Below, piece after piece: positions 60,592 to 64,000 of a stretch of 64,000 nt of DNA; the first letter of the stretch is position 1, and the number at the start of each line of letters is the position of its first letter. Under the pieces are notes generated by a model. The model had not been told where the DNA came from. It saw only the letters and a list, made by a program, of their open reading frames with translations, and did not search any database. Source of the DNA: Mobula hypostoma. Lineage: Eukaryota. The stretch spans positions 67,954,001-68,018,000 of the forward strand of contig NC_086108.1 of assembly GCF_963921235.1 (NCBI RefSeq), in the 5' to 3' direction. The translations under genes and the position numbers were made by a program.

Positions 60592-62869
60592 AAAACATAG
60601 AACATAGAATAGTACAGCCCAGTACAGGCCCTTTGGCCCACAATGTTGTGCCGACCCTCAAACCCTGCCTCCCATATAAGCCCCCACCTTAAATTCCTCC
60701 ATATACCTGTCTAGTAGTCTCTTAAACTTCACTAGTGTATCTGCCTCCACCACTGACTCAGGCAGTGCATTCCACGCACCAACCACTCTCTGAGTAAAAA
60801 ACCTTCCTCTAGTATCCCCCTTAAACTTCCCACCCCTTACCTTAAAGCCATGTCCTCTTGTATTGAGCAGTGGTGCCCTGGGGAAGAGGCGCTGGCTATC
60901 CACTCTATCTATTCCTTTAATTATCTTGTACACCTCTATCATGTCTCCTCTCATCCTCCTTCTCTCCAAAGAGTAAAGCCCTAGCTCCCTTAATCTCTAA
61001 TCATAATGCTTACTCTCTAAACCAGGCAGCATCCTGGTAAATCTCCTCTGTACCCCTTCCAATGCTTCCACATCCTTCCTATAGTGAGGCGACCAGAACT
61101 GGACACAATACACCAAGTGTGGCCTAACCAGAGTTTTATAGAGCTGCATCATTACATTGTGACTCAAACCCTATCCCTCGACTTATGAAAGCTAACACCC
61201 AATAAGCTTTCTTAACTACCCTATCCACCTGTGAGGCAACTTTCAGGGATCTGTGAACATGTACCCCAAGATTCCTCTGTTCCTCCACACTACCAAGTAT
61301 CCTGCCATTTACTTTGTACTCTGCCTTGGAGTTTGTCCTTCCAAAGTGTACCACCTCACACTTCTCCGGGTTGAACTCCATCTGCTACTTCTCAGCCCAC
61401 TTCTGCATCCTATCAATGTCTCTCTGCAATCTTTGACAATCCTCTACACTATCTACAACACCACCAACCTTTGTGTCAGCTGCAAACTTGCCAACTCACC
61501 TTTCTACCCCCACATCCAGGTCGTTAATAAAAATCACGAAAAGTAGAGGTCCCAGAACCGATCCTTGTGGGACACCACTAGTCACAATCCTCTAATCTGA
61601 ATGCACTCCCTCCACCACGACCCTCTGCCTTCTGCGGGCAAGCCAATTCTGAATCCACCTGGCCAAACTTCCCTGGATCCCATGCCTTCTGACTTTCTGA
61701 ATAAGCCTACCGTGTTGAACCTTGTCAAGTGCTTTACTAAAATCCAAATAGATCACATCCACCGCACTACCCGCCTCTATATACCTGGTCACCTCCTCAA
61801 AGAACTCTATCAGGCTTGTTAGACACGATCTGCCCTTCACAAAGCCGTGCTGACTATCCCTGATCAGACCATGATTCTCTAAATGCCTATAGATCCTATC
61901 TCTAAGAATCTTTTCCAACAGCTTTCCCACCACAGACGTAAGGCTCACTGGTCTATAATTACCCGGACTATCCCTACTACCTTCTTTTGAACAAGGGGAC
62001 AACAATCGCCTCCCTCCAATCCTCCGGTACCATTCCTGTAGACGAGGACATAAAGATCCTAGCCAGAGGCTCAGCAATCTCTTCCCTCGCCTCGTGGAGC
62101 AGCCTGGGGAATATTCCGTCAGGCCCCGGGGACTTATCTGTCCTCATGTATTTTAACAACTCCAACACATCCTCTCCCTTAATATCAACATGCTCCAGAA
62201 CATCTACCTCACTCATATTGTCCTCACCATCATCAAGTTCCCTCTCATTGGTGAATACCAAAGAGAAGTATTCATTGAGGACCTCGCTCACTTCCACAGC
62301 CTCCAGGCACATCTTCCCACCTTTATCTCTAATCGGTCCTACTTTCACTCTTGTCATCCTTTTCTTCTTCACATAATTGAAGAATGCCTTGGGGTTTTCC
62401 TTTACCCTACTCGCCAAGGTTTTCTCATGCCCCCTTCTTGCTCTTCTCAACCCCTTCTTAAGCTCCTTTCTTGCTTCCCTATATTCCTCAATAGACCCAT
62501 CTGATCCTTGCTTCCTAAACCTCATGTATGCTGCCTTCTTCCACCTGACTAGATTTTCCACCTCACTTGTCACCCATGGTTCCTTCACCCTATCATTCTT
62601 TATCTTCCTCACCGGGACAAATTTATCCCTAACATCCTGCAAGGGATCTCTAAACATCGACCACGTGTCCATAGTACATTTCCCTGCAAAAACACCATCC
62701 CAATTCACACCCGCAAGTTCTAGCCTTATAGCCTCATAATTTGCCCTTCCCCAATTAAAAATTTTCCTGTCCTCTCTGATTCTATCCTTTTCCATGATAA
62801 TGCTAAAGGCCAGGGAGCGGTGGTCACTGTCCCCCAGATGCTCACCCACTGAGAGATCTGTGACCTGAC
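60592..62869 (-). mobile_element. Young 5'-truncated CR1 LINE inserted in the Gypsy B integrase
   Basis: Long ORFs: GEHLGDSDH..KSPGPDGI (61977-62849); NYRPVSLTSVVGKLLE..SQHGFVKGRSCLT..YLDFSKALDKV (61592-62077); FFTQRVVGAWNALP. Tail ATTCTATGTTCTATG. The Gypsy frame KIY-L-KNVSDMRRE resumes across it. Confidence 0.96.
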
Positions 62870-63808
62870 CTGAAAAATGTGTCTGATATGAGAAGGGAGC
62901 TGAAAAAGGCTTATGAATTAGCTGGGGCTGCGGCTGCCAAGCCGAATCAAGGAAATAAGAGGAGGTATGATCAAAAGTTGAGGTTCTCCCAACTCCTGCC
63001 AGAAGACCAAGTCCTCATAAGGAATTTGGGGCTACCTGGGAAGCATAAGTTGGCTGACCACTGGGCGGCTACGCCCTATGTGGTGGAGAGTCAGATGCCA
63101 AATGTACCAGTTTTCCAGGTGAAACCAGAGGAGGGGAACGGGCCTGGCAAGATTCTCCATCAGAACCACTGCTGCCCCTGTGACAAGAGATACAGGTAGA
63201 CCCAGAGCCCGACCTGGAGCCTACACCTAGTAAGAGGACTCTGTGAAAATGTGGGGCGACTGCAGGGCCAACAGCAGGAGAGGTTAAGCTGGCCTCTACC
63301 CCTGGAAGGATACTGATTCGGAGGATGAGGACCTGGATGTCTGGTATATGCTGCCTTTTGCTAACTCCCCATTGATTGAGGAAGAGACTTCCAGCCCTTC
63401 TCCCACTGAATCAGGTGAAGTTGGGGGGGGGGGCTATCTGTGGACAGCCTGGGTTGCAGCGGGACCCTGCAAGGGATGAAGTGGGGCTTGGCCACGTGAC
63501 AGAGAAGTCTGAGTTGCAGATGGGGACAAGGGATAGGCTGGGGGATGCTTTGCCAGGTAGACCAGAAGTATTTCCAGTAGTGTCTGAACCTATAGAGTTA
63601 GGTGAGGGTGAAGGGAGGTGTCCAGAGAATTAGGGGACTACCAGATAAGCTGGGCTATGTAGCACCGGAGGAACAGATCATGACCCCTACCATTCTGGGG
63701 AGCTAGGTCACTACCTTTTACATCTTGTTTAGACTTTGTGTTTTGCAGAAAGGTTTGGCGAATTATCTCAAAGTCATGAGGACATGACTAAATTTGGTGT
63801 GGGGAGAG

Positions 63809-64000
63809 TATAACACACTGTAAGGTTTCACTGCTAATACAATGGCCTCTTTATAATGTTTCACTGCTAATGTAATGGTTTCTCTGTAGCAGCAATGTTT
63901 GGGTTATGACTAGAGATAACGGGGGCTTTGGAATGTGTGCCATCCAATGAGAGGCATGTTGTTCTTACTTGTGTGCCTGAGGGAAGGGATTTCACGGTCT
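63809..64000 (+). repeat. 3' LTR of Gypsy B (runs off the window)
   Basis: Direct repeat of 58448-58630 immediately after the PPT. Confidence 0.93.

Larger units (their letters stand above)
58448..64000 (+). mobile_element. Gypsy LTR retrotransposon B (5' LTR, deleted gag/PR/RT, RH end, integrase, PPT, partial 3' LTR)
   Basis: NNPLNYIL..WLAALSAYDFSLKYRQG..DADAL; HDDSGHLG..FYWP..YCKSC; MDFL..IHRDQG..PYHLQGDPQPERFNRTL; PPT GGGGAGAG at 63801-63808. Confidence 0.93.

Noticed and set aside
9967..64000. Upstream short AGBL4 exon and nested BEND5 exons expected from recalled human synteny
   Set aside because: Manual scanning found no convincing match (partial hits near 36090 and 45770 fail on context). 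Absence is not proven without TBLASTN.

Overview
Eukaryotic, AT-rich, repeat-dense vertebrate DNA. The repeat families (CR1, Rex1/Babar-type, Penelope-like with hammerhead modules) point to a cartilaginous fish, probably a ray; this is inference. The only host-gene signal I can support is one minus-strand exon (9878-9966) matching the HPGE zinc-binding exon of AGBL4/CCP6. It is 89 nt, one base short of frame, with a remodelled motif, so the window is probably mostly AGBL4 intron. The rest is layered mobile DNA: (i) a Sleeping Beauty-family Tc1 element with two RIGHT IR/DR ends, nested three levels deep; (ii) an internally deleted Academ (AcademX-type) DNA transposon with TIRs; (iii) Penelope-like retroelements carrying minimal type I hammerhead ribozymes, including a 96-bp insertion with its own TSD; (iv) two decayed Gypsy LTR elements, one inside the other, plus a solo LTR and a young CR1 insertion; (v) many CR1 and Rex/Babar fragments and microsatellites. 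Almost all ORFs in the track are transposon remnants or spurious. Family and orthologue calls rest on recalled sequences, not database searches, and boundaries of old repeats are approximate.
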